Shown here: positions 10,980-26,989 of the stretch, piece after piece | How the letters are laid out: each line of letters opens with the position of its first letter | Numbering within the stretch: position 1 is the stretch's first letter | Source of the DNA: Entomortierella parvispora E1425 | Lineage: Eukaryota; Fungi; Mortierellomycota | Length of the DNA stretch: 64,000 nt | NCBI GenBank assembly: GCA_020891255.1 | Contig: BQFW01000014.1 | Location: 1,674,001 to 1,738,000 of the forward strand | Direction of reading: 5' to 3' | Notes under the pieces: model-generated | What the model saw: the letters and a program-made list of their open reading frames with translations, nothing else | Databases searched by the model: none | Told to the model about the DNA's origin: nothing | Made by a program: the position numbers and the translations under genes

Positions 10980-11777
10980 CTAGACAGCGAGGCCACCGTT
11001 GACACGGAGCGTCTGCCCATTGACCCACTTGGAGTCAGGGCTTGCCAGGAAGCTCACTGCTCCAGAAATGTCATCTAGCGCTCCGAGACGGTTCTGGGGA
11101 TGCAAGCTCTTGAAAAATCCAATGTGGTGCTCGTCCAATCCACGGCGGAACGATTCCGTGTCCACTGGTCCGGGTGCGATCGTGTTCACAGTGATGCCAC
11201 TGCCTCCGAACGACTTGTCCTTGGCCAAAACTCGCGTGATCTGCTCGAGTGCTCCCTTGGAAGCGCTATACAAGAAGTGATCACCCTGGACCATGGACAA
11301 GGACGTCAAGCTGGTGGAGATGGTAATGATTCTTGCTCCGGAGGTGCCCAGCTCTTGCGATTGGGCAAGGTAAGGCTGAACCAACTTGGAGAAGAACATG
11401 GGACCCTTGACATTGGTGTTGAATGCCTCGAGGTAGGACTCCTCGGTCATATCATGGATCGACTGGTAAACCAACCAGCCTGCGTTCAAGACAACGACAT
11501 CCAGGCGTCCAAAGGCTTTAATGGTTTGCTCCAACAGAGTCTTGCCTTGATCGACATGTCCAATATCGGCCTGGACGGCAATGGCACGGACAGGCTCGTT
11601 GTTTCCGTCAGAGACGACAGTCTTGGCGACCTCATCGACGACTTCCTGCGCCTTGGCAGCGTTGGACTGGTAGTTGACGACGACGTTGAATCCATCCTGA
11701 GCAAGTCGGAGGGCAATTCCACGGCCAATTCCGCGAGAGGATCCGGTGATAATAGCAACGCGACGAGTGGAAGTCAT
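10980..11777 (-). CDS. Classical short-chain dehydrogenase/reductase (FabG-like), intronless, 265 aa
   Basis: TGSSRGIG Rossmann motif, 'LNAG', YSASK catalytic motif, 'VNTIAPGPVDT' and 'VNGQTLRVNGG'. Confidence 0.95.
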   Translation of the reverse strand: MTSTRRVAIITGSSRGIGRGIALRLAQDGFNVVVNYQSNAAKAQEVVDEVAKTVVSDGNNEPVRAIAVQADIGHVDQGKTLLEQTIKAFGRLDVVVLNAGWLVYQSIHDMTEESYLEAFNTNVKGPMFFSKLVQPYLAQSQELGTSGARIITISTSLTSLSMVQGDHFLYSASKGALEQITRVLAKDKSFGGSGITVNTIAPGPVDTESFRRGLDEHHIGFFKSLHPQNRLGALDDISGAVSFLASPDSKWVNGQTLRVNGGLAV

Positions 11778-12445
11778 TTTTTGGGTAGCTGGTTTTGGTG
11801 GAGGTCAAGTGGTGGATTGGGTGAGTGTTGAAGAGGCTTTTGTTCTTGCGAGAAGCTGAAGATTGATGAGTAGTTTGTTGAAGAAAGTTGCCATGATCTT
11901 CCTTTGCTTTTATATGAGCTAGAAACAAACTCTGGTGCTGGTGAGATCATGAATGATCGAAGCGGGATGAAGATCGATGAGGGTGTTTTCGTGTTGGGTG
12001 CGTATCCATGGTGCCTGCGGCACAACGATGAACGACTTGAACTCTCAGAGCGCTCAACAGCGCAGTGGATCCTACTCAATGGACGTCCTCAAAAAGAAAA
12101 AAAACCAGCGCGGCGATCAGACTGTGACTGCGAACTGCTATTGCCTACATAGTTTGGCCGCGTCATTTTTGAGTGTGCTCCAGAAACGATCGGGCCACCC
12201 ACAGAAGGAGTCTTTCATTTCTTTCCGAAAATGGCTGTATGCCTGCTGGGAAAAGAAGCGCACGGCCGCTGACTTGTCGTTCTTGCCCGTCAAAACGTTC
12301 TTCTCCGCCAAAACAAAAATAAAACTGATCGATCTTTGAAGCAAACAGAACACCCGATTCTGACGCGGCCTGTCCTTTTTTACTGTAATGATCGATAAAC
12401 ACTCCATCCTGACGTAGCTCTTCATAAAGGTGATCGATCGGGGGC

Positions 12446-12482
12446 ATGGATGCGTCAGAACACTTTGTTCTGACGCGTCCAT
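12446..12482. repeat. 17-bp inverted repeat (hairpin/cruciform) between the SDR and MAPR genes
   Basis: ATGGATGCGTCAGAACA-ctt-TGTTCTGACGCGTCCAT with one T:G pair; a degenerate second copy at about 12346-12367. Confidence 0.8.
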
Positions 12483-12683
12483 ATGTTTTTTTTGTTCTCG
12501 ATCGCTTTGGGCATGCCTGTCTTTTTTTTTCTTTTGTTGTCCCTCATCGATCTCGCTATTTTTGCCCGCCTGGTCGCCTCTAGGGTAAACACAAGAGATG
12601 GGTCCAGAGTACTGTACTAGAGTTTATTTTCGTTGTGCAACGAATATGCATGTGTGGTGGTTTATACAAATGGGTAGAGAATA

Positions 12684-13514
12684 TCAAGAAGAGGGCTTGG
12701 CTGCTACAGGCTTGTTGCAATCTTCAGGGATGGGTGAGTGTGGATCAATTGGGTCCAAAATAACAGTGCCAACCTTGAAGTACTTTGGGTGATTCCGGTA
12801 GAAATTAGCCCATCCATCAACGGCCTACTCAAGTAGCAAAATGAATAGTAGGTGAGAAACAATTCTTTGAGGAAAGAATAGGACAATAATAGCTCAAATC
12901 AATACATGTAATTTACCCCAAGTTGATCCTTAGTGAGTCCACGAAGATCATGTGTCAAGTGCGTCTGGAAACAGCCAGTACTGTAAGCCCGAGATGCGTC
13001 TCTTCCAGAAAAGAATCCATATCCTCCGCCTTTTGCGTAATAAGGTCTGCCGGCTGTCACGTCAAAGACCTCGCCTTTTACAGCCAAATAAATATTCTTT
13101 GTTGGATCTGTTCCATCATACTGGGCCAGTTCTTGTTGTGTGAAGACTAGTTGCTTTCGCTGTGATTCAATGAGGTGATGAAAAGATGGAGCATGGTGTC
13201 AGTCCTTTTGCCACGGAGATAATATGCTCTTCTGGTGGTCAGAGGAAGAAAGCACTTACAGGAACCCAGTGATGGTAGTTGAGATACTTTCCCTTGTAGC
13301 CCCAGAACCAAGTATCGGTGATCAGATATGAAGCCAGGAAGAGGAACACAACAAAGAGGAGGAATCCCTGAAGCACTGACGACCATGCAGAGGACGATGA
13401 TGTAGACTTCTTGACGGCGTCTGTTTTGTTGAATGCCTGGCCCTTTAAGCTAGAGGGTTCCTGGCCTTGGCGAGCGCCATTCTTGCGCTGTTTGATCGAG
13501 TTATTGCTGTCCAT
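12684..13514 (-). CDS. Membrane-associated progesterone receptor (MAPR)/cytochrome b5-like heme-steroid-binding protein, 3 exons (13514-13260, 13159-12917, 12824-12684)
   Basis: N-terminal TM helix; '[36 protein letters not shown]...YGFFSGRDASRAY' and 'GWANFY...KYFKVG'. Confidence 0.92.
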
Positions 13515-13762
13515 AGTTCCAGTGTTTTCCAAGCGAGCGAACGAGTGAGCGAGTCAAGAGATTATTTGCATGCATGTGCCCTTGTGCATGCGATGCATTG
13601 GACCGAGGTCACGTGTATTGCCACCAACTGCACCAATACACAAAAAGAAAGAAGCGCGCTTTCTCTCCATTGTTTCCTCTTTCGCATTCCCTTTCGCTCA
13701 TTTATCAAAGGATCAGCATCCGAGAATCCTCTGCTAATCAGCCCAAGTTATACCGACACTAC

Positions 13763-15742
13763 ATGTTCCAGAAGTCGATGTCCGGTCGCCCTGTATCGAA
13801 CATTCCTCGGCCCAATTCATCATCAGGCGCAGGCGGAGGAATGAATGGCCCCCCGGGCAATGGTGGCGTCCTTAATGGCCCCAGCAGTAACGTCAGTAGC
13901 AACATTCACAGCAGCAGCAGTGCCAGCGCAGGCGGTGGAAACAGCAACTTTGGTCATTCTGTCCGGGCTACCAGCAGCAACGCTGCCAAGCCAAACGCAG
14001 GCAGCAGCAACGTTAGCAGCGGTCGATATTTGTTCCCTCTGTTGAAGCCAGCCCAGGTCGTCCAGTGCATGGCGGATTTGAAGTTGAATTTTACTGGCGA
14101 CGATCTCGAAAAGCCAACACCTCAAAAGATTATGGAGGTATGCGATACCTTCATGGATGTGGCCCAAGGGTATATCAAGGATGTCGTTTACCTCGAAGAC
14201 ATTCAGGAGATGACTACTTCCCAGAATCCGGTAGGGGAATCTATAAACAACAAGACTAATGGAACAAGGATGCTGGTGCTTCTCATACGACACATACCAA
14301 TATCTTCTACCATTTCCTTTGTTGCATACATAGGAGTTTGTTTTCGAAGCAGTGCGGTTCTATGTGTTCCTTACACAACTGTACGTGAGCTTTTTCTGAC
14401 GCATACAGCCAATAGCTGTTCTATTTGAAATCAAGACGGTACTGATTTTTTTGTTTTTGTCTTTGTATTGACTATCCTACTCATAGGTCAAGGATGATGC
14501 GCGACATTGGTATCTCAGATTTCTCTTCTCGGGATCTGACAAAGCCAGAAGCGGATCGGGCACGGAGAATGATCAGTGCCTTGATCAACTTTGCAAAGTT
14601 CAAACAGGAGAGGGAGGGCAAGTTCTTTGAAAAGTTGAAAGAGACGGACAATGTCATCGAGAGGTGCGCAAAACTGGAGGAGGAGTACGACGAGATATTT
14701 GCAAAGCTGGAAACGTTCAAGTAAGTTTGTTCTACACAACGGCAATTTTCTCCACCGGATTACCTTTAATTTCTTACATTTTGGTTTCTTTTTTTTTCCC
14801 CGTTATTGTAGACAGATTCGGGCAAGCGAAGGACCGCAGATTGAGGAACACAAGGCCAAGAATCAACTGTTGGTCGAGCAGCTCGAAATACTGAAAGCAC
14901 AGGAGAGCGACATGACAAAGAGAAGAGATGCGGTATCTTCAGAACGGAATGCTCTCCTAGCAGAAAACGTAAGTGGCCTAATAATACCAAACCTGTAACA
15001 TATGGTTTCCATTGAGCTGTTTTTGCGGTGTGATCTCATGCTAAATCTATGCTGTCGTTTCTGATTCTGATTCCTTTATCCTCCCCTCATTTCAAAGAAA
15101 GAGCTCAATGAGCTTATTGAAAAGGCAACCGACAGACTGAACAAGATGCAATCGATGAGAATCGAGGTCCCTGAAAATTTGGAGGAAGAACTTGCCCAAC
15201 TACCTGTCACCATTGAAGATTTGCAAGCACAGTCATCACAGTTACGAAAGCAAGTCCAGAGTCGATACGCAGCTGTGGAGCGTATCGAGGCAGCTCCGAA
15301 GGAAGTTCAGGGAGTCCAGGGACTCATGGCAGAGACTCTTGATCTTCAGGAACGACTTCAAGAGGACACAGAGGAGCTTGATCGACTTCGATCGGCGATG
15401 GAAAAGCGCCGGTTGGAGTTGGACTCTGTCCGTCAACGGAAACAACAGCTGAAAAACTCGATCCTTGCCGCGGAGCAAAAACTAATGAAGTTGAAGACGG
15501 ATCAGCAAGCGAAACGTGAGGGACTGGAGCAGAAGATGTTGGAGGAAGATCGCGTTCGAGGTGAAGCAGAGGGGAACCTGGCGGTTGGAAAACAGCTGGT
15601 GGAAGAGCAGCAGAAGCGACAACAGGAGATCTTGGCAGGGGCCGCAAAGTATGCTCGGGAAACGGACCAGCAGGTGGAGCAACTCAAGCATCAGTTCGAG
15701 TGCTACTCTACGGAAATCCTGCAAGCATTGAAATTGAACTAA
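13763..15742 (+). CDS. NUF2: Kinetochore protein Nuf2 (multi-exon)
   Basis: CH-domain start 'FPLLKPAQVVQCM', 'DFSSRDLTKPEADRARRMISALINFAKFKQER', then a long coiled coil. Confidence 0.88.
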
Positions 15743-15892
15743 GTTTGCACAAGATCAACAGCTCATGGACTCGTCGCCAGCTTGACTATGGTTAGCTTTG
15801 GATTTTCCCCATTTGCACAATTTGAAGAAACTAAAGGTTTATTCACAGATTACGTTAAGACTTCTTGAGAGGGTGTCGCATTGAACTACAAA

Positions 15893-16627
15893 CTACACGC
15901 GTCCTTTGCCCTTGTCAACACCAGACTGGCGACCGAATAGGCGGTCCAAGAGGCCGCCGCTGGGGCGACGACCACCCTGTTGCTGCTGGTTTGTGTTTCC
16001 GGTGTTGTTGTCGATGTTGTTGTTGATGTTGTTGTTGAGGTTCTTGTTGAGGTTCTTGTTGAGGTTGTTGTTGAGGTTGTTGCTGTTGAGGTTGCTGTTG
16101 AGGTTGTTGTTGTCGAGGTTGTTATTATTGTAGGCAATGTTGTTGATGTTGTTGTAGCCATCGCTATTGGCATCCATGAGAGTGCCATCGCCATAGACCT
16201 CAGTCGTGGTGATGGTCTTGAGCCAAACGAGTTCCTCACCAGGTCGGAGCTGAGGAATGGGGCCATGGTAAGTCTCTGGAATGGCGGCCGCGATCTTATC
16301 TGCACTGTCAATCTCCTTTGACGAGGCTGCGGCGAGCCTGTGGGAAGTCGAGGACATGTTCATGGAGGACATGGCAGGTGCAGAAGCAGTCGTGTTGGGC
16401 GTCGTAGTGGTCATCTGGCGGTAGCCAGTGGCGGCGGCGGCAGCAGCAGCCACGGGTGCAATTGCTGCGGCAGCTGGCATGTGAGTAGGGGTCGTGGTGT
16501 ATTGTTGCTGCTGCTGAATGGGAGCGGGCGCGGCCGTGGTGTACTGCTGTTGCTGCTGAGTAGGTGCAGCGGTGGTTGTGGTGTATTGTTGCCGCTGCTG
16601 AGTAGGTGCAGTGGTGGTCGTGGTGTA

Positions 16628-16667
<40 letters not shown>

Positions 16668-19633
16668 ATAGGTGCAGTGGTGGTCGTGGTCTTGTTCATG
16701 TACATAGCAGGGACCGCGGCTGCTGTGCCTGCCATCGCGGCGGTTCGAGTAGCGTCCAACGCTGGATTCGTTGTGGTGGTGCTTGCAGTGTAAGGGGTGA
16801 CAACGGGGCCCGAGGCATAATTCTGTGCGGTGGTCGAGATCGAAGACGACGTGATGGGGTGGACATCCGCGGGCTTGAGAGTATACTCGACATGCTCCAA
16901 AGGCTTCATGGGAGCAGCGGTGGTGGTCGTCTTGGGGGTGGAGTACTGCTGGGTCGTCGTGGTTGAAGGATGGGCCAAAGAGGCAGCACCCATAGCGGCG
17001 GCACCAGTGACAGCTGCAGCGGTTCCTACGACGGGGGCAGTGACCTTCTCGAGCAATGGCTTGTGGGCCTGATCTTGAAGAGTGGTCGTGGTGGTAGTGG
17101 TCTTTTGCATGACGGGAGCAGCGTTCACCGAGGTTGCGGCAGTCTGAATGTTGGCTGCTGGAGCATTGGTGTTCATGTACCGAGTGTCAAAGACAGGCGG
17201 GGCCACAGGAGCAGGGGCATTGTGTGTACCCTTGTCAATAGGCGTGAGGACTTGTTGCTTGATCCCTGTGGTTGCGGTATAGGCGGCAGGGGCTGCAGCG
17301 GCGGCAGCAACCATAGGAGCAGCAGAAGAGTGGTGGACATGGGCAGGGGCTGCAGCTGTGTTCGATGTCGTCTGAATGGAGGCAGGGGCGCCATACGACT
17401 GAGTGGTGTTGTTTGCCAAGTAAGCCTGGTGCTCCGTAGGAGCGGGAGGCATGGTATTGTCAACAAGTCCAGACCCAAGCTGATGCTTGGGAGCAGATCC
17501 TTCCTTGTCTAAATACGTAGCTACGCCTGCGGCCGTTCCGGCAGTGGCCGCCACAACAGGCGCCGCCATCCTGGAGGCGGTCGATGTGGTGTGGACGGCA
17601 GGAGCAGCAGCGGGTTGAACCATGGTCGTGTTGAGGTGCAATGGAGCGGACTGATGGTGCTGAGCGTTGTACTGTGAGATGGGAACTTGCTCAGTCTTGT
17701 TCATAGTCATCACAGGTGCAGCAGAGGTTGTGGCAATGGTGGCCGTGTTGTGAGTGACAGGGACAGTGGCCTCAGCAGCAGGCTGGTGATGGTGGTGCAC
17801 AGCGGCAGCACCTGCAGCGGCGGTACCTGCAGCTACAGCTGCAATTGCAGGGGCAGCTGCAGTGTGGAGAGGAGCGGCGGTATGGCCAGACTGGATAGGA
17901 GCTGCAGTAGACTGGATCGGGGCGTAAACAGACTGGACTGGAACAGCAGACTGGACTGGGGCAGCAGCACCGTATTCTTGCTGAGCCAAAAGAACGCTGG
18001 CCTGGGTGGCAGCAACCTGAGCAGTTGTGTCGCTATCAATCTTTTGGTGGCTAGTGGTGGTGGTGTCGTGATGGAGCACGTTTTTCATCTTGTCCATGAA
18101 GGACTTCTTGCGGCGACCTGGAGCCGTAGCGGTAGCAGTTGTAGTGGCAGTGGCGGGAGCAGCCGAGGACTGCATGGCTAAGGGAATAGCAGCAGCGGCC
18201 ATAGGAGCGCCGTTGTACTGCTGGGGCTCTTGGTGCTGGTACGTGTTTGTGGAGGTCTGGATGGGATGAGAGATATCAGTAGGAGGCTGTGCAATGGGGA
18301 TTTGCTTGGCAGGCTGATTCCACTCTTGACTCTGAGTAGGGGGCTGTGCAATTGGGATCTGCTCAGTCGCGGTTGTAGTTGGAGGCTGGGCAATGGGGAT
18401 GCGCTGAGCCGTGGTTGTTGTCGGAGGATGAGCAGTTGGCATTGAGGCCATCGTGGTGTGAGAGATTGACTGCGATGCAGGGGCGTCATGGTGCTGGTGA
18501 GCAACTGCAGTAGTTGTTCCAGTAGCAGCAGCACCCAGAGCGGCAAGGGTTGCACCAGCGCGAGGGTTGTGGTGACCAGCAGAAGCATGTGCAGATGCTG
18601 CGGAGATCTCATCTTGGATCTCGGTCTGAAAAGAATAAAAAACTCATCAGTTACAGTGTTGCATGGGATGTTTGTTCCCTAGACATAGTTTGCTCATTGG
18701 ACTTACTCTCAATCCTGAATGAGTACGGGTGACATCAGCAGGGGCTGCAGTGGCCATCTGAGTAATGGGAGCCGAGGCGACGGCACCAGGAGCAGTGAAG
18801 GACTTTTCGACATGATCTTTCATAGGACTGTTCTGACCATAGGGACTTCTATCAAAGTCCTCTGATTTGGGGGTGGAGACCTCACGCTCATGGGAACCAT
18901 CGTTCCAGTTAGTGACTTTCACGGGGCCAAATGGATCCGCGATCGTCTTTGGAGAATCGGCCACAGGGACCGCACCAGCAAGTGCACGCTCGGACAAAGG
19001 TCCTGGATGAGTCGTAGCGCCAGGGGAGTCCAAGTTGCCAAAGGTGGCCTTGTCGCTGGGCTTCATGGCGTGAACAGCAACCTTAGGAGGAGCACGATCG
19101 CCTGGGTTCATCTTTGCAGAGGAAGCGACGCCAGTCGCAGAAATGTTGGCCTCATGGCCTTCCTGGTGAACAGCGTGCTCCTCATCACCGTGATGGATCA
19201 GCTTCTTGGTTGCAGCAATTACAGATGCACCCGCGGCAGCAGCTCCGGTGGCTGCAGAAGAGACACCAGAAATGACGGTGTTAGTCAAAGAAGGGCGGCG
19301 AGCATGGCCAGTTCCGGTACTGGAGACGTTCAAAGTGTTATCAGAAGTAGATTTGTGGTTCGAACTCTTCAAGCTGTCAGCAAGATGCTCCTTAGCCTGC
19401 TCCAGTCTGTCACTGCTGAAGGGGGAGGGGGCGCCACCCATGGTAGGTCCTGCCACCTCAAAGGCAGACCCATGAGGGTTGACAACATTCGAGGCTCTCA
19501 AGGGGGTCGCGGTCGAAGCACCTTGGTTGCCAACAACGGCGCCCGAGAGGTTGGTGTTGTTGACGTAGGAAGCATCAGCGCGGTTGGACTTGAATCCACC
19601 GGGCATGTTGAGTTTCTCGTCTTCACGCTGCAT
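15893..19633 (-). CDS. Very large Ala/Thr/Pro/Gln-rich intrinsically disordered protein (about 1219 aa), 2 exons (19633-18707, 18625-15893)
   Basis: A GTAAGT donor at 18706 and a TTTTCAG acceptor at 18626 join the 328-aa and 852-aa ORFs in phase 0; internal repeats; short ordered-looking C-terminal motif 'PIPQLRPGEELVWLKTITTTEVY'. Confidence 0.75.
16490..16695 (-). repeat. About 39-bp coding tandem repeat (QQQQQYTTTTTAP, x4) with a poly-Q expansion
   Basis: Repeated plus-strand unit similar to 'gctgctgagtaggtgcagtggtggtcgtggtgta'. Confidence 0.8.
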
Positions 19634-20228
19634 TATACGACTTGTTAGCTATGGGACAACGATACTATGGTTGTAGAGTGGAAGAGATGAGGAGGGATTG
19701 GTAGTTTTGGTAGAGTATGTACAAGTAGTAATATTATTTACAGAGGAGAAGGAGGCAGGGCGAGAGGGTGAAACAGGGTAGGAGCAGAAAGAAGAGGGTG
19801 AAAGGGAGGGATTGACAGAGAACAGGAAAAAAAATCTCATTCATGTCATAAAGAAAGGACGCGTCCGGTAAAACAAAAAAAAATGCTGGGATGACCTGGG
19901 ACAGATGTGCGCCAAGGCATGACGATCCCAAGTGAGACGCGTCCAACAACCGCTCACATCTTGACCCATTCCAGCCCAACAGACAGCGAAACACAAAAAA
20001 TTTTCCTTCAGGTCTCACATGCATTGGGGAAAGACATGGTGCACGGGCCACATCGGCCATCTGGCCAAGGCGACACTACGCCAATGCACTTCTTCACCAA
20101 CTTCTTTCCCCTTTCGCGAATTGACAGGAAACTGGCACCATCGAGTCATTGGACCACGGCAGATTCATTTATCCTAGTAGAGGTCATTTTTTATTTGCCA
20201 AGGAGCTGTTTGGAATGACGGCAGTTCT

Positions 20229-25105
<4,877 letters not shown>

Positions 25106-25228
25106 GGCGGATGCTTATGAAAGGAGAAGGGCGACAATGCAATGGCGGCAAAAAGAAAGCAATGAGAAAAAAGGAGCAGACAACCAGGGGCAAAGAGAGG
25201 CGCCATTTGCCACCATTTTTTAATTTCG

Positions 25229-25234
25229 ACGCGT
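25229..25234. promoter_or_regulatory. MCB-like element (ACGCGT) 124 bp upstream of the SMC3 ATG
   Basis: Exact ACGCGT; SMC3 is an MBF/MCB target in yeasts. Function here is inferred. Confidence 0.4.
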
Positions 25235-25419
25235 CCGAGAGACGTGGCGACCAAAACAAAAACATTTGTGACTTGTGTCACCTCCACGCTTTCCTGGCCC
25301 TTGGCCTAGGGAACAACAGCATTCTGGAAGGGTAAAAGTCGCTTTAAACGCTTGGCTGCGACTAACCGCAGGTATCCTCCATCCGCTTGGGTGTAGCTTA
25401 TGGTGTTTATACCCTCTTG

Positions 25420-25800
25420 TCTTTTTCAGCATCCCCTTTATCCTATCCTTCTATTATCCCTTCTTTATTTCCATGCCCCTCTCTTTTTCTATCCTCTCTC
25501 TTTTCCCTTTCTTTTTATCATTCCCTCCCCGTCCCCCCTCATTTTTTCCAGCATCGTACTGTACCTGCCCTTACTTTTCACCACCTCACCTTTCCTGTCT
25601 CAGTATCCTTTTTCCAGCCCGCACTTCCTCGCTGTCCCTTGTTCTTCCCCTGTTCTGGCTTTGCTTTCCAAGCATCCTTTTCCTTTCTTTCCTTCCCCTT
25701 TCATTTTCTGTCCCTGATGCATGCCTTTATTTTCTCTTTCCATCTCCTTCACTATCTCTCTGATGCAACCACCTTTACTCTCCCGCCCCTCTCCCCATAC
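25420..25800 (+). repeat. Long polypyrimidine (CT-rich) low-complexity tract with loose 'tttccagcatcc'-like units
   Basis: Nearly purine-free stretch between the SMC3 and M35 promoters; it generates spurious F/L/S/P-rich ORFs. Confidence 0.7.
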
Positions 25801-26174
25801 GTTGGCCTGTTGCGTGTTTCGCTTATTCCTTCACCACCTCCTAGTTTCCTGGTCCCTAATCCTCCTGTTGCGATTTAGCGATTTAGCGCTGCCTGACCCT
25901 TGCCGTGCGTTTTTTTGGGTCAGTCCCCAAGGCGCTTTCATGTGCATGAAATTCCGTATATATATAAAAGATTCACGCCTGCACTGCTTGGATTAAAGGC
26001 ATCCAACTCTCCTCAAACCCTCAAGTGCTCATTGCAGATACCACTGTCGGAACCCTTGTTCGTATTCCAATTGGTAAGAAACGTCGCATGAGATGCATTT
26101 AATTCCATTGTGATGTTGAATATTGACTGACACAGAAAAAACATTCATTCTGAAGATCGTCCAGATACACAACG

Positions 26175-26735
26175 ATGAAGCTAGTTTCAATGCTCATGTT
26201 TTTGCCACTTGTGGCGAATGCAGCCACCAGTTTCACTGGTTGCTCAATTCCTCAACAATCCCAACTCAACGCTGCCATTTCGGCGGCACAGAGTTATATC
26301 AGCGCAGCCTCCGCTTATATCGATTCGCACAATTCGGCCACCCCGCGCTACACTACTTGGTTTGGCACATTTACTGCCTCGCGGCACGGCGCTGTGGCTT
26401 CCATTTTCGGGAGATTGAAGTGGAACAATTTGGCGTCTTTCACATATGACTGCAGCACTTGTCATGAACCTAATGAGTACGCCTACGTTTATCCGAATCA
26501 ATTTGGCAAGATATATTTGTGTGGATCTTTCTGGAGAGCACCCTTGACTGGCACTGACAGCAAAGCCGGAACCTTGATAAGCCAGGCAAGCACTTTCACA
26601 CAGAACGGTGGCGCTGAAGCTTACGATTTCTCGCAGAAAGGCTGCAAACATCTAGCTAATGTGAACCCTGAAGGAGCAGTACAAAATGCAGACAACTATC
26701 AATATTTTGCAGAGAATAATCCACCTCTGTCTTGA
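26175..26735 (+). CDS. Secreted M35 (aspzincin; peptidyl-Lys metalloendopeptidase-like) protein, predicted catalytically dead, intronless, 186 aa
   Basis: Signal peptide MKLVSMLMFLPLVANA; 'TPRYTTWFG', 'YAYVYPNQFGKIYLCGSFWRAPLTGTDSKAGTLI' and 'NADNYQYFAENNP'; the HExxH position reads SQAST. TATA (TATATAAA) near 25957-25968. Confidence 0.9.
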   Translation: MKLVSMLMFLPLVANAATSFTGCSIPQQSQLNAAISAAQSYISAASAYIDSHNSATPRYTTWFGTFTASRHGAVASIFGRLKWNNLASFTYDCSTCHEPNEYAYVYPNQFGKIYLCGSFWRAPLTGTDSKAGTLISQASTFTQNGGAEAYDFSQKGCKHLANVNPEGAVQNADNYQYFAENNPPLS

Positions 26736-26989
26736 GCTGCGTCCTCACCCCGCTTATTATGCTTTGCACCTAAAAGAAATAAACTTGCAGATATCATGAT
26801 GAGAAAACTGCCCGCCAAGGCCTGCACCTGTTCGTTTTTCCTTTCTTCCTTTCTCAACTCACCCACCATTTCCCCCCCCCCCCCCCAACAACAACAACAA
26901 CTACCGAACACCACACCTATATACGGACACACACCTACGCCTATACAAGAGGCTGGAGGAGGTGAGGAGAGGACGAAGACGAGGTAAAT

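Noticed and set aside
25275-25878. Three overlapping F/L/S/P-rich 'membrane protein' ORFs
   Set aside because: They are artefacts of a polypyrimidine tract, which lacks stop codons.
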